Positions 36,134 to 45,721 of a DNA stretch of 64,000 bases are shown piece after piece. The notes beneath the pieces were generated by a model that made no database searches, was not told where the DNA came from, and saw only the letters and a list, made by a program, of their open reading frames with translations. Source of the stretch: a virus (Duplodnaviria; Caudoviricetes); IMG/VR virus record IMGVR_UViG_3300031466_000001, positions 1 through 64,000 of that record, one strand, 5' to 3'. Each line of letters begins with the position of its first letter. The stretch's first letter is position 1. A program made the position numbers and the translations under genes.

Positions 36134-37213
36134 ATGATCATTAATGAACCTATTTTTGGAAGGAAACCAGTCGAGGTTTCTAGGATTTCTTATGAAGACG
36201 ATGATTTTAATGCAACTAGCTCGATGCTGGAAGCTTTGATTCCTTTGGAAGAATCCTTTATGGAAATTACCAGGGAGCAAATCGAAGCAATGTACTATGG
36301 AATTATTGATGATAATATTGAGATTTTAGAAGAGGGTCTTGGGGATACATTGGTAAAGGCAGCAGGATTTTTCATCAATTTAGTTAAAAAATTTGTCGGC
36401 CTCCTCAAGAAAATTTTCATGGTGATTAGAGCATTTATTGGAAATTTCGAAAATTTCATCAAAAAATATAAGAAAAAAATCGAAGAAGCTAATCCCGATT
36501 TTACAATTAAAGGGTATAACTACGACTTCGAGGCGAGTATCCCTCGAACGGATAGAGTATCTGCTATTGTTCAGCATTTTAATAACGAACTTAGCTCTAT
36601 TGATAAGATGAGTAAAGAAGATATTGCAAAAGAAAGAGAAGAATTCATTAGTGATCACACTTTGAATAAAATTAGGGGCGAAGTTATTGGTGCAGGTGGT
36701 CCTGTCACCAAAGAAGATTATGTTTCGGAATTGAAAAAGAAATATCGTAGCGGAACCACAGATCCTATTGAGATTAAAGTCGATAAAGCATATCTCAATA
36801 AAGTATTAAATGGTTATTCGGATCTTAAGAAGGTTCTGAATGATACAGTTAAAGAACAAGACAGAATTGTCCTTTTGATCAATAGTATGAAAACGTTCTT
36901 TGAACGCGGTGTTAAATACTCTAGATCTGGAAATCTGACCACTGTACAGGCACATAAAATTGATTTTAATGAAAGTAAATCCGGTGTAAATAAATCGGAA
37001 ACTATTGCGGCAGAGGGAACTACGGAAAACTATGAAAAGCTCAATGTCTTCTATAACTTTAAATTCTATCAAGCTAAAGAAATTGGATCTATTGTAACAA
37101 TTGCACTGGTTCAAAAGGTTGACGCACTTAAAGAGGCTCTGAAACAATATGAGGGTGTGGTTCGTAAAGCTGTTTTTACTAAGAGTGATCCGGTAAAATC
37201 CGTAGAAAAATAA
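36134..37213 (+). CDS. Internal head protein, paralog 3
   Basis: ILEE-GLGDTLVKAAGFFINLVKKFVGLLKKIF; FTIKGYNY corresponds to FTYTGYQY of paralog 2. Confidence 0.65.
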   Translation: MIINEPIFGRKPVEVSRISYEDDDFNATSSMLEALIPLEESFMEITREQIEAMYYGIIDDNIEILEEGLGDTLVKAAGFFINLVKKFVGLLKKIFMVIRAFIGNFENFIKKYKKKIEEANPDFTIKGYNYDFEASIPRTDRVSAIVQHFNNELSSIDKMSKEDIAKEREEFISDHTLNKIRGEVIGAGGPVTKEDYVSELKKKYRSGTTDPIEIKVDKAYLNKVLNGYSDLKKVLNDTVKEQDRIVLLINSMKTFFERGVKYSRSGNLTTVQAHKIDFNESKSGVNKSETIAAEGTTENYEKLNVFYNFKFYQAKEIGSIVTIALVQKVDALKEALKQYEGVVRKAVFTKSDPVKSVEK

Positions 37214-37235
37214 GTGGGAAAATGGAGGGTAATAT

Positions 37236-38402
37236 ATGGATTATACGATTGATGCTCTCAATCATAGTCTGGAACTCAATAGTAGTCTTTCCGAAGCTCT
37301 TATTGAAGGGTATATGCAAATTTATAAGCAATTCACAGGTGTAGTTGAATCATATGTGTATCTGCTTGAAGCGGCAGAGGGAAACAATAATCAGAACCAG
37401 AATGCAGTTCGTACCGGTGTCAAAAAATTTAGTGTTAGAAATATCGTTGAAAAAATTAAGGAATTTTTTAAACGTATTCTTGGCACGTTTAAAGAGAAAG
37501 CACGAGCAATTGCAAAGAAGAATGAGAATTGGCTCGATTCGAATAAACAGGTTTTTGAAACCATGAGCTACGATGGTCTGCAAATTGAGATGATTCCTTT
37601 TTGGGAAATGGACCCTAGGACTATTGTCAATACGGTAAAAAATAGCGTCAATTTTGTTGCGAATGTTGTAAATGGTAATAAATTTGAAGAAAAATATAAA
37701 AATATTGAAACGGTTAAAAAAGAGCTGTTTGATTTTTATCTTGATGAGAAAGGTAATATTTCTAATGGTGCGAAGAACTATTTCAGGATTGGTAAAAGTA
37801 AAAACTCTGATGTTAAACCTGTAAGACTCGCTGGTGATGATCTTAAGAGAAGAATCCTTAACAATTTTTACCCGTACTGTAAAACGTATGAAACTGATAT
37901 TGTTAATAATTTGACCAATGCAATCAATACTTTAAATAATAGAATGGATGCTATTATTAACAGATTGGGCGGCGACAATGAAGCCACAGCAACAAAAGAA
38001 TCTTTTGTTGACGATGGTTTTATCAACGTTCTCGATTTTTCTATTCTGCTTGAGGCTGAAAGACCTGCCGCGAATGCTCAAAATAACAATAATAACCAGA
38101 ATAAATCTACAAATGATCAAGATGATAAACCTTCTCCTACAGAAGTAAAATTACAAGATAATTCAAATAATGCCGAAACCAAAGTTCGGAATGCTATTTC
38201 TGACATGTCTAGTAATAATCTGACAATTGTTAAAAATATTCTCCAATGTGAGCAAATTGTCATTGCAGCGGCTCTGACTGCCGCTGAGGAACGTTTTAAC
38301 GCATACATGAACGCAATGAGACAAATTCACGAAGCTAGGAAAGATACAGCACAATCTCAGCAGCAAGGAGAAGGAAACAATCAGAACAACCAAAAGAAAT
38401 AA
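37236..38402 (+). CDS. Internal head protein, divergent paralog 4
   Basis: LLE-A..IVEKIKEFFKRILGTFKEK; internal ATKE-S and ILLE-A motifs; Asn-rich linkers. Confidence 0.6.
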   Translation: MDYTIDALNHSLELNSSLSEALIEGYMQIYKQFTGVVESYVYLLEAAEGNNNQNQNAVRTGVKKFSVRNIVEKIKEFFKRILGTFKEKARAIAKKNENWLDSNKQVFETMSYDGLQIEMIPFWEMDPRTIVNTVKNSVNFVANVVNGNKFEEKYKNIETVKKELFDFYLDEKGNISNGAKNYFRIGKSKNSDVKPVRLAGDDLKRRILNNFYPYCKTYETDIVNNLTNAINTLNNRMDAIINRLGGDNEATATKESFVDDGFINVLDFSILLEAERPAANAQNNNNNQNKSTNDQDDKPSPTEVKLQDNSNNAETKVRNAISDMSSNNLTIVKNILQCEQIVIAAALTAAEERFNAYMNAMRQIHEARKDTAQSQQQGEGNNQNNQKK

Positions 38403-38450
38403 AAAGTTAGATATGAGAGGTAAAATCCTCTCATATCTAACTTATTTTTT
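38401..38450. terminator. Bidirectional intrinsic terminator
   Basis: AAGTTAGATATGAGAGG/CCTCTCATATCTAACTT. Confidence 0.85.
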
Positions 38451-39693
38451 TGAAGAGAGCCGATGCACTGATTGCGAAAGCCTCACCTTGTTTTGTGAAA
38501 GTAAAAACAGATCTCGACAGTCTATAGTTACCTCCACGAGTACTAGAGATGGATTTGTCCTCAAAGGTGAACACAAATTCTTTGTTGGGAGTAATTGCAT
38601 CTATATCAAAGTCGCCCATTGTTACTTCAATAATGTTTTTCATTTCCTCACGCCTTAATCTTTGTGAGGTTCGGATGAATACATTATTATATTTATCAAC
38701 CATCACGCGATAGCTTCCTTCTCCGCGCTCATAAGTTTCAGCTTTATGCATATTTACCGCACCAGTTACAGGGTCAACGAAATAAATATTATTACCTTCG
38801 ATGTGGTCTGCAGTAAATGAGGGACTTTTCATAACTATGCCGCCTGGAAAGATGTTGATATAATATGTTTTTTGATTTTCGTCATTAAATAGACCGGGTG
38901 AAAGATTATCTGGGTTAGTGTCATATTTGACGTTAAAAACAGTCTTTTTATATTCTCCTTTAGCCCAAGCTTTACATTTACCACTGTAGTCAATCATATA
39001 GGTTCTATCTAAATCAAAAAAAGCAAGTAGTCCCGCATAAAAAAATCCATATTGATTTTCCAAATACTCCAAATTACCAAGTAACGTAAATGGAGGTAAT
39101 AAGACATCTTTGTAGGATCTTTTATTGTCAAGAGGAGCGAGAAGTATATTTTTAATTCCTGCTGTAGCCAAGCAGTATGTCAGGGCCCCAGTCATAGTAA
39201 CTGGTCCAATGACGTTATTTATGATTTTTTTTGAATTGGTAAGGTCAGATTCTTTGAATAAAAATAATGTGAACTCCTTACCGCCAACATCCTGTGGGGC
39301 AGACCCTTCACCCAGCATACTTTTTGTTCTTTCGTACATCTGTTTTTCGATAAACGGTGTATTTTCATCTAAAAAAATAGTGAAAATATCATTAAAGACA
39401 TCCTTTTTAAATGGAGGAGTTGAACTATTGGGGTCGTAAATATATTTTTGCATTCTAAATCTAAATTTAACACTATCTTTATTTTCTACGATCCGGAAAT
39501 ATAAATCAGATGTCAACATAACCTTTACTGCTAAAATAGGAAAGTAATCAACATCAAAGTCTTTCTCGATCATTACTGAATTGACCATTGAAGGAGGAAT
39601 GACCACAGGTTGATCATCCCCCTCAAAAAGAACGTTAAAGGATTCTACTGTATAGCGATAGAATCTCTGGTTAAGAGGAGTTATATTCGCCAC
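38437..39693 (-). CDS. Putative baseplate hub-like structural protein
   Basis: 418 aa, beta-rich; begins VNSVMIEKDFD..FP and ends GNYRLSRSVFTF, as in hub folds (by eye). Confidence 0.5.
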   Translation of the reverse strand: MANITPLNQRFYRYTVESFNVLFEGDDQPVVIPPSMVNSVMIEKDFDVDYFPILAVKVMLTSDLYFRIVENKDSVKFRFRMQKYIYDPNSSTPPFKKDVFNDIFTIFLDENTPFIEKQMYERTKSMLGEGSAPQDVGGKEFTLFLFKESDLTNSKKIINNVIGPVTMTGALTYCLATAGIKNILLAPLDNKRSYKDVLLPPFTLLGNLEYLENQYGFFYAGLLAFFDLDRTYMIDYSGKCKAWAKGEYKKTVFNVKYDTNPDNLSPGLFNDENQKTYYINIFPGGIVMKSPSFTADHIEGNNIYFVDPVTGAVNMHKAETYERGEGSYRVMVDKYNNVFIRTSQRLRREEMKNIIEVTMGDFDIDAITPNKEFVFTFEDKSISSTRGGNYRLSRSVFTFTKQGEAFAISASALFKKIS

Positions 39694-39891
39694 TTAATTA
39701 ACACCCCCGCAAACCACTTCAGGTAAATATCATAGATACTTTCAAGTATCACGAAGATGATGAGAACTACCGCGAATATTATTATCAATGTAGGTAGATT
39801 TACATCTTTCTTCAAAAGATAAATAGATTAACTTATATAAGAGATAGCATAATGTCAGCGTGACTATTACATCTAATAAGAGAGCGAGCAT
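39681..39891 (-). pseudogene. Frameshifted two-TM small membrane protein (holin-like)
   Basis: GGGAGG RBS and ATG at 39891; first TM in frame 0, second TM in the +1 frame after the T4 run at 39814-39817. Confidence 0.5.
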
Positions 39892-39912
39892 TTTTTATAC
39901 CTCCCTAGTTAT

Positions 39913-41019
39913 TTATTGTAAAAATATATCTTTTTTCGGTCCTTTTAATAGTTTGTTTGCCTCGGTCAATTCAATCAAGTGAATAGGATAAAGTCTGAAG
40001 AATTGATCGTTCAATCTTTTGAGAGAAACATTGTCGAATTTATCCTTTATTTGAGATAAAATGTTGTGTTTTACTCTAATATTTAGTCTCATGTATTGAG
40101 CATCAACATCAGTACATAGGTAATTTGTACGTAAGATAGGTATATAATCAGACCTAACTATCTTTTCCAGAAGGTTTATATTGGTAACATCTTTACTTAT
40201 TAGATTTTCCTCAATTGCTTTATTTAAAATCTTGAGAATTCCTCCAACTCCAACACCTTTCAATTTCCCAATGTTTCTATATTTATCACCCGTCAGAGAA
40301 AGAATGAAGGGAAGGAAGTTGCTACCAACTTCGATTTCATTAAGCAGTTTTTCTTCTAATTTAATCATTCTTATTGCATTTTCTTTAGATAGTAAATAAC
40401 TATCGTTTTGCTTTGGACGAAGGATGTAACACAATTTATTTACATACTGATATTCATATCTATCAGTAGTTAGAATGAAGTTTAATGAATCGCTTTTATT
40501 TTCTTCTATAATTAATTTTGGAACTACCGACGGTTCGACTGTATCGGATGTTATAAAATACACACCCTCTACATACTCTAGTATTGTTTTGACGTGATCT
40601 ATTGCATACTCAATAGTTTTAGACAAGTGAAAGTTTTTCCTATCCTTGGTGTATTTATGTTTATATTCCGAACGATAATCCGGAATAATTTCTTGATTGA
40701 GGTAATTCGTATTGAACGGGTAACCCATATACACATAGATCTTTGAATAAAGTTTATTCTTAGTAAAGTACATGCGATAGTGGCTAATAAGATTAATTAT
40801 TTCAGCAATCATTTCATATATTTTCTCCGAGTTTCGCACCTTAAGATACTCATCTATATTCGAAGCAGAAAGTTTCTTTAGTACTGATTCAAAGTTGATA
40901 AAAAAATTAACCCTAGATTTAGGGTTAATTTCTTTGCAATACTTCATGATAAGCTCATCTAACTTCACATATTTAATTTTGAACAAGTTGAATATGATTC
41001 CAAGATCAACTCCGCTCAT
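39913..41019 (-). CDS. FEN / 5-prime-3-prime exonuclease-fold protein with degenerate active site
   Basis: Helix-hairpin motif LSLTGDKYRNIGKLKGVG; PIN-like strand order; AAGGAG RBS before 41019. Confidence 0.6.
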   Translation of the reverse strand: MSGVDLGIIFNLFKIKYVKLDELIMKYCKEINPKSRVNFFINFESVLKKLSASNIDEYLKVRNSEKIYEMIAEIINLISHYRMYFTKNKLYSKIYVYMGYPFNTNYLNQEIIPDYRSEYKHKYTKDRKNFHLSKTIEYAIDHVKTILEYVEGVYFITSDTVEPSVVPKLIIEENKSDSLNFILTTDRYEYQYVNKLCYILRPKQNDSYLLSKENAIRMIKLEEKLLNEIEVGSNFLPFILSLTGDKYRNIGKLKGVGVGGILKILNKAIEENLISKDVTNINLLEKIVRSDYIPILRTNYLCTDVDAQYMRLNIRVKHNILSQIKDKFDNVSLKRLNDQFFRLYPIHLIELTEANKLLKGPKKDIFLQ

Positions 41020-41023
41020 ATTA

Positions 41024-41347
41024 TTATGACACTCCTTGTTGTTCCTGACGAATTTTAATCGCTTTTTCAATGATCTTTACACGCTCATCCGTTTCATTAA
41101 GAGAGTTCTCAACTCTTTTTAGAAAATCCAATGACTCACGGCGAAGATGTTCAGCCTTATCGACATTTTCCTTAGATTTAGCAAGAATTTCTACAGCATC
41201 ATCATTAAATTTTTTAGCTTTGGCAGATTCCTTTTTACCCATTTCAAAATAAATTTTACTTTGACGCAAATTCCAAATTGAAAATGCCAAAAAAGCAGAT
41301 GAGCAAATAAACAGAATGATCGAAATTACCATGATGAATTCTTTCAT
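41024..41347 (-). CDS. Membrane-anchored coiled-coil protein (early)
   Basis: N-terminal TM segment; early motif at 41381-41390. Confidence 0.7.
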   Translation of the reverse strand: MKEFIMVISIILFICSSAFLAFSIWNLRQSKIYFEMGKKESAKAKKFNDDAVEILAKSKENVDKAEHLRRESLDFLKRVENSLNETDERVKIIEKAIKIRQEQQGVS

Positions 41348-41380
41348 TATAACCATCTCCTTATTATTTATTACAATGAT

Positions 41381-41390
41381 ATAATATATA
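41381..41390 (-). promoter_or_regulatory. Early-type promoter motif TATATATTAT
   Basis: Exact motif. Confidence 0.6.
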
Positions 41391-41422
41391 TTTATATAGT
41401 AGTTCATGTGCATTTACGAAAG

Positions 41423-41472
41423 AAAAAATAAAGTGATATCCATAGTAGAGATCCTATGGATATCACTTTATC
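41423..41472 (-). terminator. Intrinsic terminator
   Basis: ATAAAGTGATATCCATAG/CTATGGATATCACTTTAT. Confidence 0.8.
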
Positions 41473-41474
41473 TA

Positions 41475-41783
41475 TTATTCCATTAATTCTGTGTAAACGT
41501 ATGAGATTTGATTTGAATTGGGAATACTACGCTTTTCAATCCTCTTGATTTTAAACATGATTTTATCTTTGGGAGCTCTAGGAGTAATTTTTGTTTTACT
41601 AAAAAGTTCTATTTTCACAATATCATCAGGCTTGGTAGCATTTCCCAACCTATTACTTATTACCATACCATGCTTGATAAATCTTTTTATGAGCCAAAAT
41701 TCCCGTCTAATCTTTCCAGATCCTCCACCATATTTACTATGGACTCTATCATTGATTGTGATTTTCATATACATGTTTATCAT
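41475..41783 (-). CDS. Hypothetical basic protein
   Basis: ORF within a minus-strand operon. Confidence 0.6.
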   Translation of the reverse strand: MINMYMKITINDRVHSKYGGGSGKIRREFWLIKRFIKHGMVISNRLGNATKPDDIVKIELFSKTKITPRAPKDKIMFKIKRIEKRSIPNSNQISYVYTELME

Positions 41784-42204
41784 CTCCTAATATGTGTTTG
41801 GTTATTTCCCACAGAGCATCACACAATTCCACGTTAGATGATTCATATGTTTGGTCAGTTGTACCGATAAGGGTGATTTTTGGATTCCAGATAATACCAT
41901 CTTTAGCCTCATGTCGAGTGATAATTAAGGTTGAGGAAAATTCAGAAATAAACTCGATCATTTGACCAATAGTTAGGAGTGGAAGGGCTTCACACTCGTT
42001 AAAATGATTGAATAATTCGGAAGGTTTGTTATCTAAGAAGTAATCTCCATAGTATGCAGTTTTACAAAGTTCTCCTCTGTCGAAATAAATGTATTGATCC
42101 AATAATCTTACTTTATTAGGATAATACCAGTTTCGTAAATTTATTTTTTGTTCGTCACTCAATTCACCAAATTGCTCAGGATAGATTCTTTGTCTCAAAT
42201 GCAT
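41749..42204 (-). CDS. Hypothetical phage protein
   Basis: GGGGAG RBS; LPLLTIGQMIEF...ELCDALWE pattern. Confidence 0.75.
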   Translation of the reverse strand: MHLRQRIYPEQFGELSDEQKINLRNWYYPNKVRLLDQYIYFDRGELCKTAYYGDYFLDNKPSELFNHFNECEALPLLTIGQMIEFISEFSSTLIITRHEAKDGIIWNPKITLIGTTDQTYESSNVELCDALWEITKHILGDDKHVYENHNQ

Positions 42205-42228
42205 TTAAATCTCCCCTACAATGATTTT

Positions 42229-43431
42229 TTAAATTAAATTCCAGAATCTATTTCTCCAAGGATTAAGTCTCCAGCCCCAATTAGCGCGTGATCCATGGTT
42301 GAACTCTCGCCGCCAAAATAGACCGTCTGCCCGACTAAGACCAAGCTCGGCACACCATTCAGAATATACAAAGTATTCAAAAGGATGATTCCTAGCCCAC
42401 TTGTTAAGAATCTTATAATATTCTTCCCAATTCATGTCTTTCTTCCACTCTGGTTTATTACGAACAATCAGACGTTTGATTTTTTCAGTTAACCATTTAT
42501 TATAGTAATAGAAGTGAATACCAAAAATACAGAATTGAAAACCGTATCCATCTTCTCCGTGACTTTGGATTTTGAAAGAAAGAAGATGGGTATGTCCTGA
42601 AAGATCATGATTGAGAAAAGGAAAGATCGCAGTAAAAATACCAAATCTAGTATTCTTAGTATAACCGTTCACCAACATCCTATTTCTCCAGGATTTTTTC
42701 TCAGCACGTTCTTTTTTATATTTTTCTTTTTTATATAGTGGGTCGTAATCTTTTAAGATCAGTTCCAAATTTTTATAGACGTTTTCATATGAAGTGTCAA
42801 ACTTCCCATCATCTGATGGATCTAGTCTAAAACTAAATTCATATACAGCGTCGTTACCTTCTTTAGTAAACGGCCCAAGAAAATCTTTATCACGATTTTC
42901 TCTGATGGGAGAAGACGGTTTAACTTCGACGTAAAAAGAATGGTCCGGCTGTTTAAATACATATTTTTCAACAGCAGTAATATGATTCTTATCGAAGAAT
43001 CTTTTAAAAACTTCACATTTGAAAGTTATTATTTGTAAACCTACATTGGTCTTTACCGGAACTTCGTGAAAGAAATACGACGTTACGAAAATATCAGGTT
43101 GACTTTTAAAATTAACCATAACGTTATAGTTATTCTGAATATACGAAGAAATAATATTTCCTAAGTGGGTAAAAGTTTTACCTTTATTGAAATCCAATTC
43201 TTTTTTCTCTATAAGTCTAAAGACTGTACTCGATTTCCCATTAAATATATTTTGTTCTTCGTTATCAGAGTTAGTTGCTCTTACCCTGATGGCATATGTA
43301 CTAGGAGTACCTTGAAAGCTCTTTTTCTTAAAAACCTCGATAGGAAAACGCAGGTAAACTAATTTTTTGTCGATAGTTACCGAAGTATTGTGGACAAACT
43401 TAACAATTGGTTCTTTTGTAAACACAAACAT
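42229..43431 (-). CDS. Hypothetical protein
   Basis: 400-aa ORF, AGGAGG RBS, Trp-rich C-terminus. Confidence 0.8.
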   Translation of the reverse strand: MFVFTKEPIVKFVHNTSVTIDKKLVYLRFPIEVFKKKSFQGTPSTYAIRVRATNSDNEEQNIFNGKSSTVFRLIEKKELDFNKGKTFTHLGNIISSYIQNNYNVMVNFKSQPDIFVTSYFFHEVPVKTNVGLQIITFKCEVFKRFFDKNHITAVEKYVFKQPDHSFYVEVKPSSPIRENRDKDFLGPFTKEGNDAVYEFSFRLDPSDDGKFDTSYENVYKNLELILKDYDPLYKKEKYKKERAEKKSWRNRMLVNGYTKNTRFGIFTAIFPFLNHDLSGHTHLLSFKIQSHGEDGYGFQFCIFGIHFYYYNKWLTEKIKRLIVRNKPEWKKDMNWEEYYKILNKWARNHPFEYFVYSEWCAELGLSRADGLFWRREFNHGSRANWGWRLNPWRNRFWNLI

Positions 43432-43472
43432 CGGTTTGACCTCCTATTTATATCTTTTTATATTGAGATTAA

Positions 43473-43967
43473 CTATCTATTTCCCCATATCTCAGGATAT
43501 ACTCTGCGTAGTATTCGAAGGGCGATTATCTGCTGACAATTACGTATTCCTGAAGTATAAACGCTGGTATCTATCATAGTGATTCCGTTCAATTTTTGAA
43601 ATAATTTCCAGGAATCTGAGAGATGATTTAAAATTTGCCTCTCATCATCTTCTAGATTTTCCTTTAAAAAAGAAAAAAGTTCAGAATCAATATCAAATAT
43701 CCTACCCTCTAACAAATATCGAATCGCATTCCATTGTTTTTCATCAGGTAGGGAAGAACATTCATCATCATTTACTTCAGCTGCTTCTATGTCATTAGCT
43801 CTACCGGCATAAATACCACCACAAATTAAATTAATTTCGGGACTATTTCTGGCATTTGTGAGAACTACATTGTCTGTTATGATAGCAGTCCACTTAAAGT
43901 CATCGTGAATGAATTTTGCATCAGGATAGAACTTCAAAACTTTAGCCTTAAATTTGGCTAGTTCCAT
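43473..43967 (-). CDS. Hypothetical protein
   Basis: 164-aa ORF in the operon. Confidence 0.7.
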   Translation of the reverse strand: MELAKFKAKVLKFYPDAKFIHDDFKWTAIITDNVVLTNARNSPEINLICGGIYAGRANDIEAAEVNDDECSSLPDEKQWNAIRYLLEGRIFDIDSELFSFLKENLEDDERQILNHLSDSWKLFQKLNGITMIDTSVYTSGIRNCQQIIALRILRRVYPEIWGNR

Positions 43968-43972
43968 CCATT

Positions 43973-44350
43973 TCAGCTCCCGACTTTAATTTCGATTTTT
44001 AAGATTTTATTGTCAACATCTTCCCCAAATGCATTGACTGCATCAGCAAGAACAGTAAATCGAGATTTTTTACGTCTAAGGGCTTCTTCAAGAGCTTCGA
44101 TACTACCATAGTCTTGATCAAGCAAAATATCTGTCAATCTATCCGCTTCTTCGTCTGTCAAGCTGATTCCAGACGGCCAGATTTCCGGTTTGGACATATT
44201 TCTCTTTCTAATATCAAGTGTTGCAGGTCGACCATTCCAGGAGATTCTGTCGACCGCTTTAACCCAATCGTTTTTATCATTTTCAGACAATACTGCAATA
44301 TGCTCTTCAATGTTAAATGTAACTTCGTCTTTTTTAATTCTTTTGCTCAT
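43973..44350 (-). CDS. PC4/YdbC-family ssDNA-binding protein
   Basis: IEEHIAVLSE...WVKAVDRISWNGRPATLDIR...GISLTDEEA. Confidence 0.8.
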   Translation of the reverse strand: MSKRIKKDEVTFNIEEHIAVLSENDKNDWVKAVDRISWNGRPATLDIRKRNMSKPEIWPSGISLTDEEADRLTDILLDQDYGSIEALEEALRRKKSRFTVLADAVNAFGEDVDNKILKIEIKVGS

Positions 44351-44940
44351 TTGGTAATCTCCCTCCATATGTTAATTATTTCTCCTAATGAATTGTACCT
44401 CCAAAAACTATTTTTGATGACATCTGTTTCCATATTTTTAGAAAATAGTGTAAAAGTATATTGAATGGAGCCTTCAAAGAAAGGTTCAGATCTTATGATA
44501 GGACGAAAAACTTTTATATCAAAGTTTGGAAAGAAAGCATCCCCTTCACATTCAGTATATACCTCAGTCAAATAAATTCTATCTGTATATGGAAGAAACA
44601 AATTGTATATTTCTCCACCACCAATGACAAAAACTTCATTGATTTTATCGGGGTAAACACTGTTTTTATAATTCTTTGCTTCTTCAATAGCTTCTTCGAT
44701 CGAGCAAACTTTGTATGATCCGTCAAGTATAGAGGCATTGGGATTTTTTGTGAGAACTATATTTTTTCTATTAGGAAGAACTCGTCCCAAAGATTCATGT
44801 GTTTTTCTTCCCATTATTATAGGACAATGGGTAGTAAGAAGCCCAAAGTATTTCAAATCTCTACCCAGTTTCCATGGAATAATCCCATTAGAGCCTATTA
44901 CCATATTTCTACTAACTGCAGCAATCATGGAAATAATCAT
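44347..44940 (-). CDS. folA: Dihydrofolate reductase
   Basis: ISMIAAVSRNMVIG, IPWKLGRDLKYF, IMGRKTHESL, LPNRKNIVL, VIGGGEIY, EGDAFFP; GAGGAGG RBS before 44940. Confidence 0.95.
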   Translation of the reverse strand: MIISMIAAVSRNMVIGSNGIIPWKLGRDLKYFGLLTTHCPIIMGRKTHESLGRVLPNRKNIVLTKNPNASILDGSYKVCSIEEAIEEAKNYKNSVYPDKINEVFVIGGGEIYNLFLPYTDRIYLTEVYTECEGDAFFPNFDIKVFRPIIRSEPFFEGSIQYTFTLFSKNMETDVIKNSFWRYNSLGEIINIWREITK

Positions 44941-44967
44941 TAAATCCCTCCTCATATTCTCTAGTAT

Positions 44968-45018
44968 AAAAAAAATAAGAAAGATATGTGGAAGTTTTAA
45001 TCCCACATATCTTTCTTA
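44968..45018 (-). terminator. Intrinsic terminator
   Basis: TAAGAAAGATATGTGG/CCACATATCTTTCTTA. Confidence 0.8.
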
Positions 45019-45031
45019 CCATGAAGTGTGA

Positions 45032-45640
45032 TCAATATCTTTCTTCCCGAATCATTTGGGTGAGGCGATCATATTTGTCAGTGATAACGGTCGCTTTCTC
45101 GGACAGAGATTGAATCTTTGCGACCATGAACACGCAGTTGTTCTTGCCCACCCGTTTGACATCAAGTACACGGACCATGTGGATTCCGCGTTTCACGGCA
45201 AACATCAGGGCGAGAACCTTGATCAGGTCAAGGTGTGCATACGCAATGTTATCTTTCACGCTCGCATCCAGGTTCAGGCCCTTGGTGATCGGCAACAGTG
45301 CGTCAACCAGCTTTTGAGAAGGCTGGAGCGAAGACGGAGCCATCAGCTTCCGCAGGTGCTGAGGAATCCGATTGATATCGCTGACGATATCCTCAGAGTT
45401 CAGATCCATGAACAAGATGAAGTTCAGATCCGGAGCAACGCCTTTCTCAATATGGCCCTCATTATGCACAAAGAGGCGAGCCGTTTCAACGCCACGAATG
45501 CCCTTGACGTCACGCAGGTACGATTCCACGAATTCTTCGATTTGTTTGTTGGTTACATTGTAGATAGCTCCGATCGGGTCGATATCCACAACCCTCTCCA
45601 TAACATCTACTGCAGCGACAGCACTTTCTTGATTTGCCAT
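45032..45640 (-). CDS. Abundant protein of unknown function
   Basis: AGGAGG RBS; GC-rich biased codons; late (45666-45677) and early (45711-45720) motifs upstream. Confidence 0.8.
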   Translation of the reverse strand: MANQESAVAAVDVMERVVDIDPIGAIYNVTNKQIEEFVESYLRDVKGIRGVETARLFVHNEGHIEKGVAPDLNFILFMDLNSEDIVSDINRIPQHLRKLMAPSSLQPSQKLVDALLPITKGLNLDASVKDNIAYAHLDLIKVLALMFAVKRGIHMVRVLDVKRVGKNNCVFMVAKIQSLSEKATVITDKYDRLTQMIREERY

Positions 45641-45665
45641 CTTTTTTAACCTCCTAGTTTTGATT

Positions 45666-45720
45666 TATATTCTTGTTTCCAAGAATATATTTTTATATTG
45701 ATACTCTCAAATAATATATA
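45666..45720 (-). promoter_or_regulatory. Tandem early TATATATTAT and late AACA-N6-TA motifs
   Basis: ATAATATATA at 45711-45720; TA TATTCT TGTT at 45666-45677. Confidence 0.6.
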
Positions 45721-45721
45721 T

